Source: Prasinococcaceae sp. CCMP 1430 | Taxonomy: Eukaryota; Plantae; Prasinodermophyta | Assembly (NCBI GenBank): GCA_013416795.1 | Contig: RQSC01001105.1 | Coordinates: 14,046 to 42,688, forward strand | Direction: 5' to 3' | Length of the DNA stretch: 28,643 nt | In this document: piece by piece, positions 1 through 9,301 of the stretch | Layout of the letters: every line of letters starts with the position of its first letter | How positions within the stretch are numbered: the first letter of the stretch is position 1 | Notes under the pieces: model-generated | Told to the model about the DNA's origin: nothing | Seen by the model: the letters and a program-made list of their open reading frames with translations, nothing else | The model's database searches: none | Translations under genes and position numbers: made by a program

Positions 1-648
1 CTGGCGCGCGCGGGCGGCCGGCCGCCCGGCCCGCTCGCTCGCGCCGGGTCGGGGAACGGCTGCGGAACGCGCCGCGGGACAACGCGCCTCAAATTCCGCT
101 TTTTACGATGCGTTCCGCTCTGCGCCCTCGCCGGCGCGCGCTTCCGAAAGCGAAAGCGAAGGCGGCGCCCCGAAAAAGCGTTTGAACCGAGCCCTCTCGC
201 CCGCGCCGGCCGCCGCGCGGCGCGGCGGTCGGCGGCGTAGACCCTGAACACCCACCTTATCGCCTCGTCGGAGCGAATCTACGGACGAGCGCGCATTTCG
301 CGGCGCGCTCCCGCGCCCTCCCCGCGCTTCCGATTGCGTTTTCACCTGCGCCGGCGTCCTGGCCCGCCGGAACGCGCGCGCCCCAAAACCGCCCAATTCT
401 TCGCCGCGGCCCCGCCCGCCCGCGCACAAGCGCGCGCACCGATATTTCTGTTCTGTGCAGCATTTTGGCGGGCGCATGCGAATTCATACGCGGGGGCGCG
501 CGCGAGGCGTGCGGGCCGAGCCGGGTTGGGTTGGGTAGCGATTGGGTTGGGTTGGGGGCCTGCTGCGGCCCACAGCGCGCGCGGCCGCGGCACCGTTCTT
601 CCCCGTCCCGCCCGCCCGCCCGCCCGCCAGCCAGCCCAGCCCGACGCC

Positions 649-796
649 ATGGCGCTCGCGACGAGCCTCGCCGAGCCAGTGCAAGTCGGAGTACCCCCAC
701 GCGTACGTCCGCGTCATCGGCTTCGACTCGGTGCGCCAGGTGCAGTGCCTGTCGTTCATCGTCCAGAAGCCGGGCCAGACCTCGGGCGGCTGGTAA
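649..796 (+). pseudogene. RBCS: RuBisCO small subunit remnant with most of the coding sequence missing (pseudogene or assembly collapse)
   Basis: 674-796 encodes [40 protein letters not shown], matching the rbcS C-terminus. It is preceded directly by an out-of-frame ATG at 649 (MALATSLA, like a transit-peptide start). No stretch long enough to be an intron lies between them. TGTAA at 945-949. Confidence 0.8.
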
Positions 797-1115
797 ACAG
801 TTCATCGAACGGCATCTGCGGCTCGGTGTGCGACATAGTGTCAACAAAAAAACTACGCTAGCGCGAGGTCCTTCCTAACTCACACTCCCCTGCTTTGCAA
901 GGGAAACACTGCGGCTGTCGAGAAAGCTCTCTAGTCTGCGCTCATGTAAGGTCCAATCTAATAGCAACCAGGCGCCACCACGCACGTAGGTGAGAGCTTC
1001 GCGAGCGTTGTAGAGGGATGCTGCAGAGACGAGGCCGCGCCATTGGAAGTGCACCGTTGCCTCTTTCAGGCTACGTCGCCGCTCTGCTCGCTACCCTGCC
1101 TGCTCTGGCTTGGCG

Positions 1116-1234
1116 GCTTTGGCGCTTTCGATTCGCCGTAGCCGTGCGCCCTCTTCACGCGCCCAGCGGCTGCTTTGGCGCTTTCGCCTTCTCATTCGCC
1201 GTAGCCGTGCGCCCTCTCCACGCGCCCAGCGGCT
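1116..1234. repeat. Two-unit direct tandem duplication (56 and 63 nt)
   Basis: 1116-1171 and 1172-1234 are identical except for a 7-nt insertion (ccttctc) and one substitution. Confidence 0.9.
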
Positions 1235-2415
1235 GCTCGCGACTTTCCTAGAGCGCGGCCATGGGGTTGCACGCGGCGTCGAGCGCTGCCACGCGGTGGC
1301 CATGCCCTTCCCCGCTCGCACGGAGGGCCGTACCATCGACCATTGCCGCCGCCTCGCCCTTTGAACGCCTTGCGCCCGAACAACGCTCCCTCAGGCTCGT
1401 GTGTAGCTCGCGTGCCTGCAGTACCGTCTCGTCGCCCACCTGCCCACCTGCCCAGGACACTCCGACGTGCCCGTGCGCGTGTTGGTGTGGCGAGGTGGGT
1501 GGCCGGAGACGCCGCGGAGCGCCTGCGCAAACATGCCAGCCATCGAAATGAATCCACGTAAACCGCGTTATAATTTCAAAATGGATATCGAGTATTTGTA
1601 CCTATATAGAGTAGATCTCGCGCCAACGGAACAGTGCATATATTACGTGAATATGTGAAGGTATAATTACTTTAAATGATTGTGATGAATGTAAGTGTAC
1701 GTGTGTCAGCTTGCGTGTGATTTTGAAGGCATTCTCAGACGCGCGGCGTGGTGTGAGCGTAAACCTTAACGCGTGTGTGTTAACTGTGCGTGCGATTGGC
1801 GGCGGCTTGGGCGTGCTGGTGTGGGCGTTTGTGTGGGTGGGGGGGTGAGGGGAGGTGGCGTCGCTGCGGAGCAGGCGCATGTGTCGCGCGTGGGCGCCAA
1901 CGCAGGCAGGTTGGTGCGTACTGGTCAGAGCTCGAGTTGCGCGCGCGCGGCCGCAGAGCCCGACTGCAGTGCCACTCAGCGCGAGTCTATCACCCGCGCG
2001 CCCGCGCGCGACGCGCACTCCCTCGAGAGGCCACGACGGTGGCGGGCGGAGGGTGTGAGGGGAGGGGGCAGAGCGCGCAGCGCTCTCGCACGCCCACTCG
2101 CTCGTCGGGAGCGCACGCACCCGTCACCTCCGCTGCTCGCGTCCCCGGTGGAGCCATTCCGCCGCGACTGCGCCACGGGCGCCGCCGCGACCTCCATCGA
2201 CCGCCCGCACGCGCGCCTATGCGAGCGCGCGCTGCGGCGCCCGCGCCCACTGTGCCCGCGCCTGCGTGTGGCGCGGGGGCGCCTGCGTCCGCTCGGGGGA
2301 ACGCACCGGAACCGTCGCGTGCCGCCTGACGACGAACCATGTGCGACGCCACGAACGCATCGCCCGTGGGTAAATTATATTTTAATATCAACAGTGCGTC
2401 TGTTCGCGCGACGCG

Positions 2416-5094
2416 TCATGCCCGCGAGGACGCACCGCCCGAGTCACTCGCGACCGTCTTGAGCTCGCCCATGCTGGCCTCGAGCGCCGCGAGCACCTCG
2501 TTGGCACCGGCCTCTTCATCCTTGGCGCGCGCGACGAGCAGCTTCACGACGTTGCCATGGAAGCCGAGGAGCGCGTCGGTGCGCTCATCACCGAGCTCGG
2601 ACCGCAGGGCCTCGATGGCAACGCCGAGTTTCTTGCCGGGGGCCTGCAGCAGCACGCCCCTGTGCCGCGCGTACAAGAGCTGGACCGCCGTGGCCAGCGC
2701 CGCCGCGGGATCATCCTCGCGCTCGAGCGCTGCGAGCAGCAGCGACTTCTGCGCATGCACCGCCTGCCGCTCCGACTTCTTGTCCATCGCCCTCAGGCCG
2801 AGGCCACACGCCCGGGACGCGGCCTGCAGCGCGTCGAGCAACGCGGCCAGCGACCCATTGCTGGCGTTCAGCGCAGCGACGGCCGCGCCCACATGCTCCG
2901 ACGTGGCCGCGTCCAGGCTTTTGGCGAGCGCCATCGCCATCGCCGCGCGCTCTTTCGGGGAGAGGGCGCCAGCGCCGGCGCGAAGCTCCGAGTGCGCGCC
3001 GTCCTCCGCATGGCCCTGGCCTCCCGACTGAACCGCCTCATCGAGCGTCAGCAGACGCAGGAGGCTGTCGACGGCGTCCGCACCGCACGTGCGCAGCACG
3101 TGCTTGGCGAAGTGGGGGGCCTCTGCCTCGTCTGCCTTGAAGAGCTCCGCCCCGCGTGCGGCGTGCTGCAGCGCCGACCAGCGGCTCCCGACTTCTGCCT
3201 GCAGCGCGGCGCGAGCGCGGCGGCGGCCGTCGGCGCCCGCCGAGAACGCCGACCGAGCGCCCTCGTCGTACGCCTCCCTGGCGGCTTTCACCGACGCCTC
3301 TACCAGCGCCCCTGCGAGCTCCGGCGCGTCGTGCAGGCGGAGCTCCGGCCGCAGCGAGCGCAGACGGGCGAGGAGCGCCGCCGTCGTCAGCGCCTCCGGC
3401 ACCTGTGTGGCCGCCGGCGCCTGCACTCTCGCTGCGGCGCCCTGCGCCTGCTTCTTCCCGCCGGTCGCCCCGCCGCCGCCGCCCCCGCCGGCCTTGCCCT
3501 TCTTCTTGCCCTTGCCCTTCTTGCCAGCCTTGCCGCTCGGCCGCGCATCCCAGTCGTCGTCGGAGCCGGCGTCCCTGGCGGCGCCGGCGGCATGCGGCTT
3601 GGCGCCTGCGCCGGACGCTTCGGGTGTGGCGCCTCCGCCGGCGCTGCCAGCGGCGCCTGCGGCGCCCGCGCCCGCCTGCGCGCGTGTGCCCCGTGCGGCG
3701 GCGCTCTTCAGGCCCTCCTGGCGTGCGTGCTCGACGAGCGCTTCGCGCAGCTCCGCCGCGAGCGCATGAGTGACCACGTACACGCCGGCGTGGGCCGCCC
3801 AGACGTCGGCGTTCCGCGCGGCGAGCGCGCCCACGAGCTGCGCGGCGTCGGCGTCGCCCAGACCCTCGGGCAGGTGCGCGCGCGCGTCCGCCCACCCTGC
3901 CGTGCGCACATCCTCCTCGACACCCGCGTCCAGCCGCGAGAGCACCGCGGCGCCGACGTAGCAGTCGCCGAGCGACACGCCACCCGGGTGGCGCGCGGCC
4001 ATGTACGCCGCGGGGTCCGCCACCTGCAGCGCGCCGAGACGCGAATACTCCATCATGCCGTTGGCCGCGTAGTACGCCTCTGCCGCCTCGCGCTGTGCCA
4101 CGCTGTATACGCGCGGCACCCACGTTGAGCCGCCGCCCTGAGCAACACCTGCCAGGTCCGACACGGCGGCGGAGCCGGCCGAACCAGCCGTGCCTCCTAC
4201 CGTAGCGGCCGCGCTGGCGGCGCTGGCGCCCTGGGCCCTTGCGCGGCTGCCCTTGCCCTTCCCCCCTTTCTTGCTCCCGCCGGCATCCCCCGCTGCGCCG
4301 GACGCGCCGCCCACGCCGCCGCCGGGCGCGCTCGCGGCGGCCGCTGCCATCACCTCGGCGGCGATCGTCCTGAAGAGCACGCCTCCTCCGCCGCCGCTGC
4401 TGCCACCGCCGCCGCGCGCGCCGCCACCGCTGCCACCACCGCCAAAGAGAGCCCCCTCGAGCGTGGCAATGGCGGTTGGCCTGCCCGCAGCGCGCAGCGC
4501 GCCCACCACTTGCGCGCGCAGCGCGGCGACGTGCGTTTCGGTGTAGAGCGCGCCCGCGTCGGCGTCGAGCCGCCCGCGGATGACGCCGCCGAGGTGCGCC
4601 TCCACGACGCGCCGAACGGCGTCTGCCGACAGGTCGAACGCAACCGCGAGGTCCGGCACGGACGCCGCGCCGGATTCGGCGAGCAGCTCGTCGATCTCGG
4701 CGGCCACCGCCGCGTAGTACTCCTCCGTCACCAGGTCTCCATTATACAGCGATACCTCGCCACCCGCGTCCGGGCTCCCCTCGCCCGCGCCGCTGACGAG
4801 CTCGTCGGCGGCGCGCTCGACGTGCGCGAGGTCCACGCCTGCGGCGGCCGCGGCGTCGACGAGCGGCAGCCTCCCGCCGGCGGCCCGCAGCTGTGCGGCC
4901 ACATCGGTACGCAGGCGTGCGCGCGTGAGGTACTCGCGGCCGCTCGCCGTGTGCACCACGGCGTCGCCCAGCAGGCCGCGCGCGCGCAGCAGCTGCACGA
5001 GGTCGACCGCGTTGCGCTCCGACAGCCGCGCCGCCGAACGCGTCTCCTGCGCGGCGCTCAGCGCGCCGAACAGCGACTCGAGCTCCGCATCCAT
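2416..5094 (-). CDS. UFL1: E3 UFM1-protein ligase 1, 892 aa, apparently intronless
   Basis: The N-terminus MDAELESLFGALSAAQ...RLSERNAVDLV...HTASGREYLT is typical of UFL1, as is the acidic/basic loop SDDDW...KKGKGKKK. ATG at 5094, TGA at 2416-2418. Confidence 0.93.
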   Translation of the reverse strand: MDAELESLFGALSAAQETRSAARLSERNAVDLVQLLRARGLLGDAVVHTASGREYLTRARLRTDVAAQLRAAGGRLPLVDAAAAAGVDLAHVERAADELVSGAGEGSPDAGGEVSLYNGDLVTEEYYAAVAAEIDELLAESGAASVPDLAVAFDLSADAVRRVVEAHLGGVIRGRLDADAGALYTETHVAALRAQVVGALRAAGRPTAIATLEGALFGGGGSGGGARGGGGSSGGGGGVLFRTIAAEVMAAAAASAPGGGVGGASGAAGDAGGSKKGGKGKGSRARAQGASAASAAATVGGTAGSAGSAAVSDLAGVAQGGGSTWVPRVYSVAQREAAEAYYAANGMMEYSRLGALQVADPAAYMAARHPGGVSLGDCYVGAAVLSRLDAGVEEDVRTAGWADARAHLPEGLGDADAAQLVGALAARNADVWAAHAGVYVVTHALAAELREALVEHARQEGLKSAAARGTRAQAGAGAAGAAGSAGGGATPEASGAGAKPHAAGAARDAGSDDDWDARPSGKAGKKGKGKKKGKAGGGGGGGATGGKKQAQGAAARVQAPAATQVPEALTTAALLARLRSLRPELRLHDAPELAGALVEASVKAAREAYDEGARSAFSAGADGRRRARAALQAEVGSRWSALQHAARGAELFKADEAEAPHFAKHVLRTCGADAVDSLLRLLTLDEAVQSGGQGHAEDGAHSELRAGAGALSPKERAAMAMALAKSLDAATSEHVGAAVAALNASNGSLAALLDALQAASRACGLGLRAMDKKSERQAVHAQKSLLLAALEREDDPAAALATAVQLLYARHRGVLLQAPGKKLGVAIEALRSELGDERTDALLGFHGNVVKLLVARAKDEEAGANEVLAALEASMGELKTVASDSGGASSRA

Positions 5095-5611
5095 AGCGGC
5101 GGCCGCCGCCGCCGCCCGTCCCCTCCTCTCCCCAACCCCCAATCCACCCTACCCCGTCAGGCGCGTGGGCGCCCGCGCGAGCGCGCTCTGGCACCCCCGC
5201 CCTCGCCATCGACCACGCCGCCGCCGATCTCCCCCTCCTCGACGCCCCGCCCGCCGCCGTCCTCGGCGCTCGCGCGCTCGCTCCTGCGATCTGAACCCTA
5301 TGTAAAATCCTACCCTAAACCCCACGCGGCGTTTGTCGTATCAAAATCAGGGTCAAACGCTCGGCGCGCGGCCGGCCAAAACCCGTCCAAAATCAAAAAT
5401 CATGAGGGCGCGCGAGCGAGCGGCGGGGGCGGGGGTGTTTGCCACACGGCACGCGTGGGGCGGGCGGGCGCCGGGGGTGGGGGTGCAGGCGAGGAGGGGG
5501 CGTGGGCGAAGAGGGGAGGTGGGGGCGTTCGCTGCGGCGCGGACGCGCTCGGTCCCAGCAGCGGTTGCGGTTTCGGCGGTTGCGGTGGCGGCGGCGGCGG
5601 CGGCGCGCGCG

Positions 5612-7863
5612 ATGCTGCCGGTGACGCACGCGCAGGCGCGCATCGCGGCCGCGCCGGGCGCGAGTTATGCGGGGGCGAGCAGCGGTGGGAGAGGGGCGAG
5701 CGGCGGCGGCGGCGGCGTGAGGTACACGTACCGTGAGTACCGGTTCCTGCCGCCGTACCTCCGCCGTGTGATCAAGGTGCGCGTCTCGTCGCGCGCGCGC
5801 GCGGCGGCTGCGCGGGGGGCGCTGCGCGCGACGCGCGCGCGCGCGCGGGCGCGACCGCGCGGCAGCGACGGCCGCGCACGCGTTGTTGTTGTGGTGGACA
5901 GATTTTGTACAGAGGCTCGCATTCTCGCGCGCGGCGTTCACTCCTCGTCGTCATCGCTGCTGCCATGGTCAATCCCCGTGTCTACCTCCATGTCGAGCTC
6001 GACCTCCTGTTCCTTGTCCCAATCCTTCAGCTTCATCGAGCGCGCGTCCAGCGCGTCGTCGTCGAGCACGCGCCAGCCAGTGCTGGCTGGCTCGTCGGCG
6101 GCCGCGGGGAGGCCCGCGCTGCCGTCGGCCGTCTTGGCGTCGGACGCGGAGGACACCTTCTTCAGCTCCGACAGGAAGGACGAGCGGCTCAGTTTGGCGA
6201 CGTCGCGGCGCTTCTCGCCGCGCGCCTCGGCCGCCTCGCGGAGCTCCTGTGCCTTGGCGACGGCGTTGAAGAGGCGAACAACGCCCTTGGTGGCCACGCG
6301 CACCAGCACCTTCTCTTGCGGGCCGGTGCACGACTCGAGCGGGACGTGCCCCAGTGCGCGGCGCTTCTTGCGCGCCGCGCGACCCTCGGCACGCCGCGCG
6401 CTGTCCTGGCGCTCCTCGGCCTCGAGCTGCTGCAAGCGTCGCGTGCCCTTGATCTGCGCTGGTGCCGCCACGCTGGCCGCGCCGTCGCGCTGGCGCTTCT
6501 CCGCAGCGCGACCCATGATGGCATGGAACGCCGCCGCCATGCCCACTTCGCCCGCGGCGGCCGCGCCCTTTCCCTCCGCGTCCTCGCCGTCGCTGTCGCT
6601 GTCGCTGCCCCCGTCGCTCTCGCTCTCGTAGTCATCGCCGCCCTCTTCGTCCAGGCCGCTGTCCAGGCCGTCATCGAGGTCGTCGTCCGCTGCCATCTGG
6701 TCTTCCTCCTCGGAGTCTCCGTCCTCTTCCTCGGATTCCTCCTCGAAGGACTCGCTTCCCTCGTCACGCTCGGACTCGGAGCCGGCCCCGCTCACGCCTT
6801 CGCTCTCGCCTTCGCCGCGGGGCGCGGGCGCGGCGCTCGGCGGCGGCGAGCGTCTCCGCCTGGCGGCAGCGACATCGCGGGCGGGCATCGCGGCGAGCTG
6901 CCCGGCGAGGGGTGGAGGTGGTGCGGGCAGCTCAGGCCGGCGCTACAGAGCAGCGAGTGCTGCCGCGAGCTCCTCGAGCACCGGGCGCCACGCGCGCGTG
7001 CCCCTTGCGCGCGCGCGCGAATGCCGGACCCGCGCCCGCGGCTGCGCATGTGCTTGCGCCCACCCACAACAAGTGGAACCAAATGGACACCGAGTATACG
7101 ATGTGGCAGATGGTCAACCTGTGCGTCGCGCCGAAGGCGGTGTACAAGCAGACGTCCTTCCGCAAACAGACCAAAAACCAGTGGGCGCGCGACGACCCGG
7201 CGTTCGTGGTGATCCTAGCAGCGCTTGTCGCGCTCTCGGCGGTGGCGTACTGCCTCGCGTTCGGGAGGCCGCCGCTGTGGCGCTGGGCGGTGGGGGTGGC
7301 GTGGGCGGTGTTCGTGGATTTCTTGGGAACCGGAGCGGTGCGTCGCGCTCTGCCGCGCCGAGCGCCCTGCCTCGCGCGCCCTCGTTCACCCTCGCCGCTG
7401 GCCCTGGCTGCTGACAGACGCGCCCTCGCTGGCGCGCACGGCGCGCTCCGGCCAGGTGATTGCCACCGTGTGCTGGGGAATCTCGAACGCGTACTTGAGA
7501 CGAGACGGCGGGGCTGGGCACTCGCACGCGGTGGAGCAGCGCGTCGAGTGGATGTACGCCTTCGATGTGCACTGCAACGCATACTTCCCGCTGTTCGTCA
7601 CGCTGTATGTGCTCCAGTTTTTCCTGTCGCCGCTGCTCCTGCAGCACGGCTACCTGGCGGCGATCGCGTCGGACACGCTCTACGCTGGCGCCTTGAGTTA
7701 CTACGCATACGTGACATTTCTGGGCTACAACCAGCTGCCGTTCCTCGAGAGGACCGAACTCTTCCTATGCCCGATATGGCTGGTGCTCGCGGCGCTACCG
7801 CTGTGCATCATAGGCGGCTTCAACGCGACGCGCTTCACGCTCGCGATGGCGTTCGACTACTAG
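5612..7863 (+). CDS. UNC50: UNC-50/GMH1 family Golgi membrane protein; exons 5612-5776, 7074-7337, 7456-7863 (278 aa)
   Basis: Splicing gives ...PPYLRRVIK|WNQMDTEYTMWQMVNLCVAPKAVYKQTSFRKQTKNQWARDDPAF...GA|VIATVCW...VEWMYAFDVHCNAYFP, collinear with plant UNC-50. Donors GTGCGC (5777) and GTGCGT (7338); acceptors AAG (7073) and CAG (7455); both introns are phase 0. Confidence 0.92.
5938..6888 (-). CDS. RRP15: Rrp15 family ribosome biogenesis protein, 316 aa, nested in UNC-50 intron 1
   Basis: Acidic N-terminal region followed by KKRRALGHV...QEKVLVRVATKGVVRLFNAVAKAQ...LSRSSFLSELKK...GWRVLDD...MKLKDWD, the Rrp15 signature. Confidence 0.9.
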   Translation of the reverse strand: MPARDVAAARRRRSPPPSAAPAPRGEGESEGVSGAGSESERDEGSESFEEESEEEDGDSEEEDQMAADDDLDDGLDSGLDEEGGDDYESESDGGSDSDSDGEDAEGKGAAAAGEVGMAAAFHAIMGRAAEKRQRDGAASVAAPAQIKGTRRLQQLEAEERQDSARRAEGRAARKKRRALGHVPLESCTGPQEKVLVRVATKGVVRLFNAVAKAQELREAAEARGEKRRDVAKLSRSSFLSELKKVSSASDAKTADGSAGLPAAADEPASTGWRVLDDDALDARSMKLKDWDKEQEVELDMEVDTGIDHGSSDDDEE

Positions 7864-8369
7864 CTAGCGTGCGCAGGAGCCGGTCGGCCGCCTGGGGTGC
7901 GCCTGCGCGAGCGCGAGCGCGAGTACGCGTCGAGCTCCTGGCGGCCAGCCAGGGCGCCCTTCTATAATGCGTGCCGCAGCGCTCTGTGGATGGAGTGCCG
8001 GTGGGTTAGTCCGGATGCGTGGGCACGCGCGCATGCTCCGCGCAAGATCCCGCAAACGGACGTCCATGCGCTTTTCAGCTGGCTTAGTCACTCCTCGCCG
8101 CAGGCGTTCGCAGTCTCCAGAAGCAGCGCCATCTCGGCCGCCGTGAGCCCCCCCCGCAGCGTGCGTCGCGCCGATGACATCAGCAGCGATCGCAGCCGTC
8201 TCAGCACCGCCGGCCGTTGCCACCTGGCACATGATACAGCCAAGGTGAATGACGGAGCAGTCTCTGTGACGGTCCTAATGAAGATATTTTTTATGCACAG
8301 CAATGGGGTGTGAGTGCAGTGCGCGGCCAGCGACGCACGTGCGCCCGCAAAGGTGTCCCTCTAGAGATT

Positions 8370-9162
8370 CTATAGCGTGTGGTCCGCTGGCTCGTTGTAC
8401 GAGTAGCCCCGCCACACCGCGCGGAACTCGCTCCCCATTGAGCTCAACCTGCGAGCGCCGCAGGGTGGCGCCGGCGAGCACACGCGACGTCAGCAGCATG
8501 CGGGCGAAGCGAGAGGGCGCGCATCTAGTCTTGCGGGGAGAGTGTAGCGATGCGCGGGTTGCGAGGCGCACGTACCTCGCCTTGAGGTTGGGCGCGCGCA
8601 GCGAGGCGTGCGCCAGCGAGAAGCCCAGGCCCATGAAGACGGCCCATGCGAGCGTCGTGAGCGCGTCTGTCGCCCAGAGCGCCAGAGCCGACACGAGGCT
8701 CGCCCCGCCCGCCACGAGCGCGCGATCCACCCCGCAGATGCGCACAGGCTGTCCGCGCCGCCGGCTCGCGCCCGGAGCGGCTGGCGGCGCGTTCCCTCCC
8801 CTCGAGCGCATCTTGGCGGCGAGCGGCGGGCTCACTTTCTTCGCGAGGCGCACGAGGCGCTCGGAGAGCGCCGCCGCGAACGTGTCCACGTAGCAGAGCG
8901 CCGCGATCGCCACCAGGCCGAGCGCCACCAGCGCCCACGGATTCCTCCAGAACATGAACGCGAACGCGAACGCAATGACGGCCGCGTAGTTCGTCCTGTA
9001 GTAGTAGAGGTTGCACTTGAGGCGCGCGACGAGCCTCTCCTTGGTCTTGGGCGCGCCGAACCGCCCGCCGAGGAACTCGCGGAACGGCCGCGGGGGCTCG
9101 GACCACTCGACCTCGCGCAGCGAGTCCGCCACCTCGGACCACTCCACCGCCGACCAGTCCAT
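8370..9162 (-). CDS. PRA1: PRA1 family (prenylated Rab acceptor, PRA1.A-like); exons 9162-8576 and 8448-8370
   Basis: MDWSAVEWSEVADSLREVEWSEPPRPFREF...RLKCNLYYYRTNY...AHASLRAPNLKAR|LSSMGSEFRAVWRGYS. The intron 8575-8449 has GTACGT...GCTGAC...CAG. Confidence 0.9.
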
Positions 9163-9301
9163 CGCGCCGCAGCGGCGCGCCCGCCGCCCGCGCCGTCCCC
9201 CCGCACCGCGCCTGGCAGGTAGCGCCGGGGGCTCGACGGCGCGTGCGGGAGGGGAGGGGAGGGGAGGAAAGGGGAGGAAAGGGGAGGGGGCACGGGGCGC
9301 T

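Noticed and set aside
2059-2372. Start-less plus-strand frame with a Cys pattern (RCGARAHCARACVWRGGACV)
   Set aside because: There is no start codon or convincing splice acceptor, and Cys/Arg/Ala enrichment is expected from GC/GT-rich DNA.
2557-5736. Long plus-strand ORFs (523 aa, 408 aa and others) opposite UFL1, and similar shadow ORFs across the window
   Set aside because: They are Arg/Ala/Gly/Pro-rich antisense or alternative-frame products of very GC-rich codon usage, with no recognisable motifs.
5788-5848. (CG)n runs as dedicated Z-DNA elements (also near 7010, 23100, 23785 and 28630)
   Set aside because: They are frequent everywhere in this CG-rich DNA, including coding regions, and I could not establish a positional pattern or periodicity by eye.
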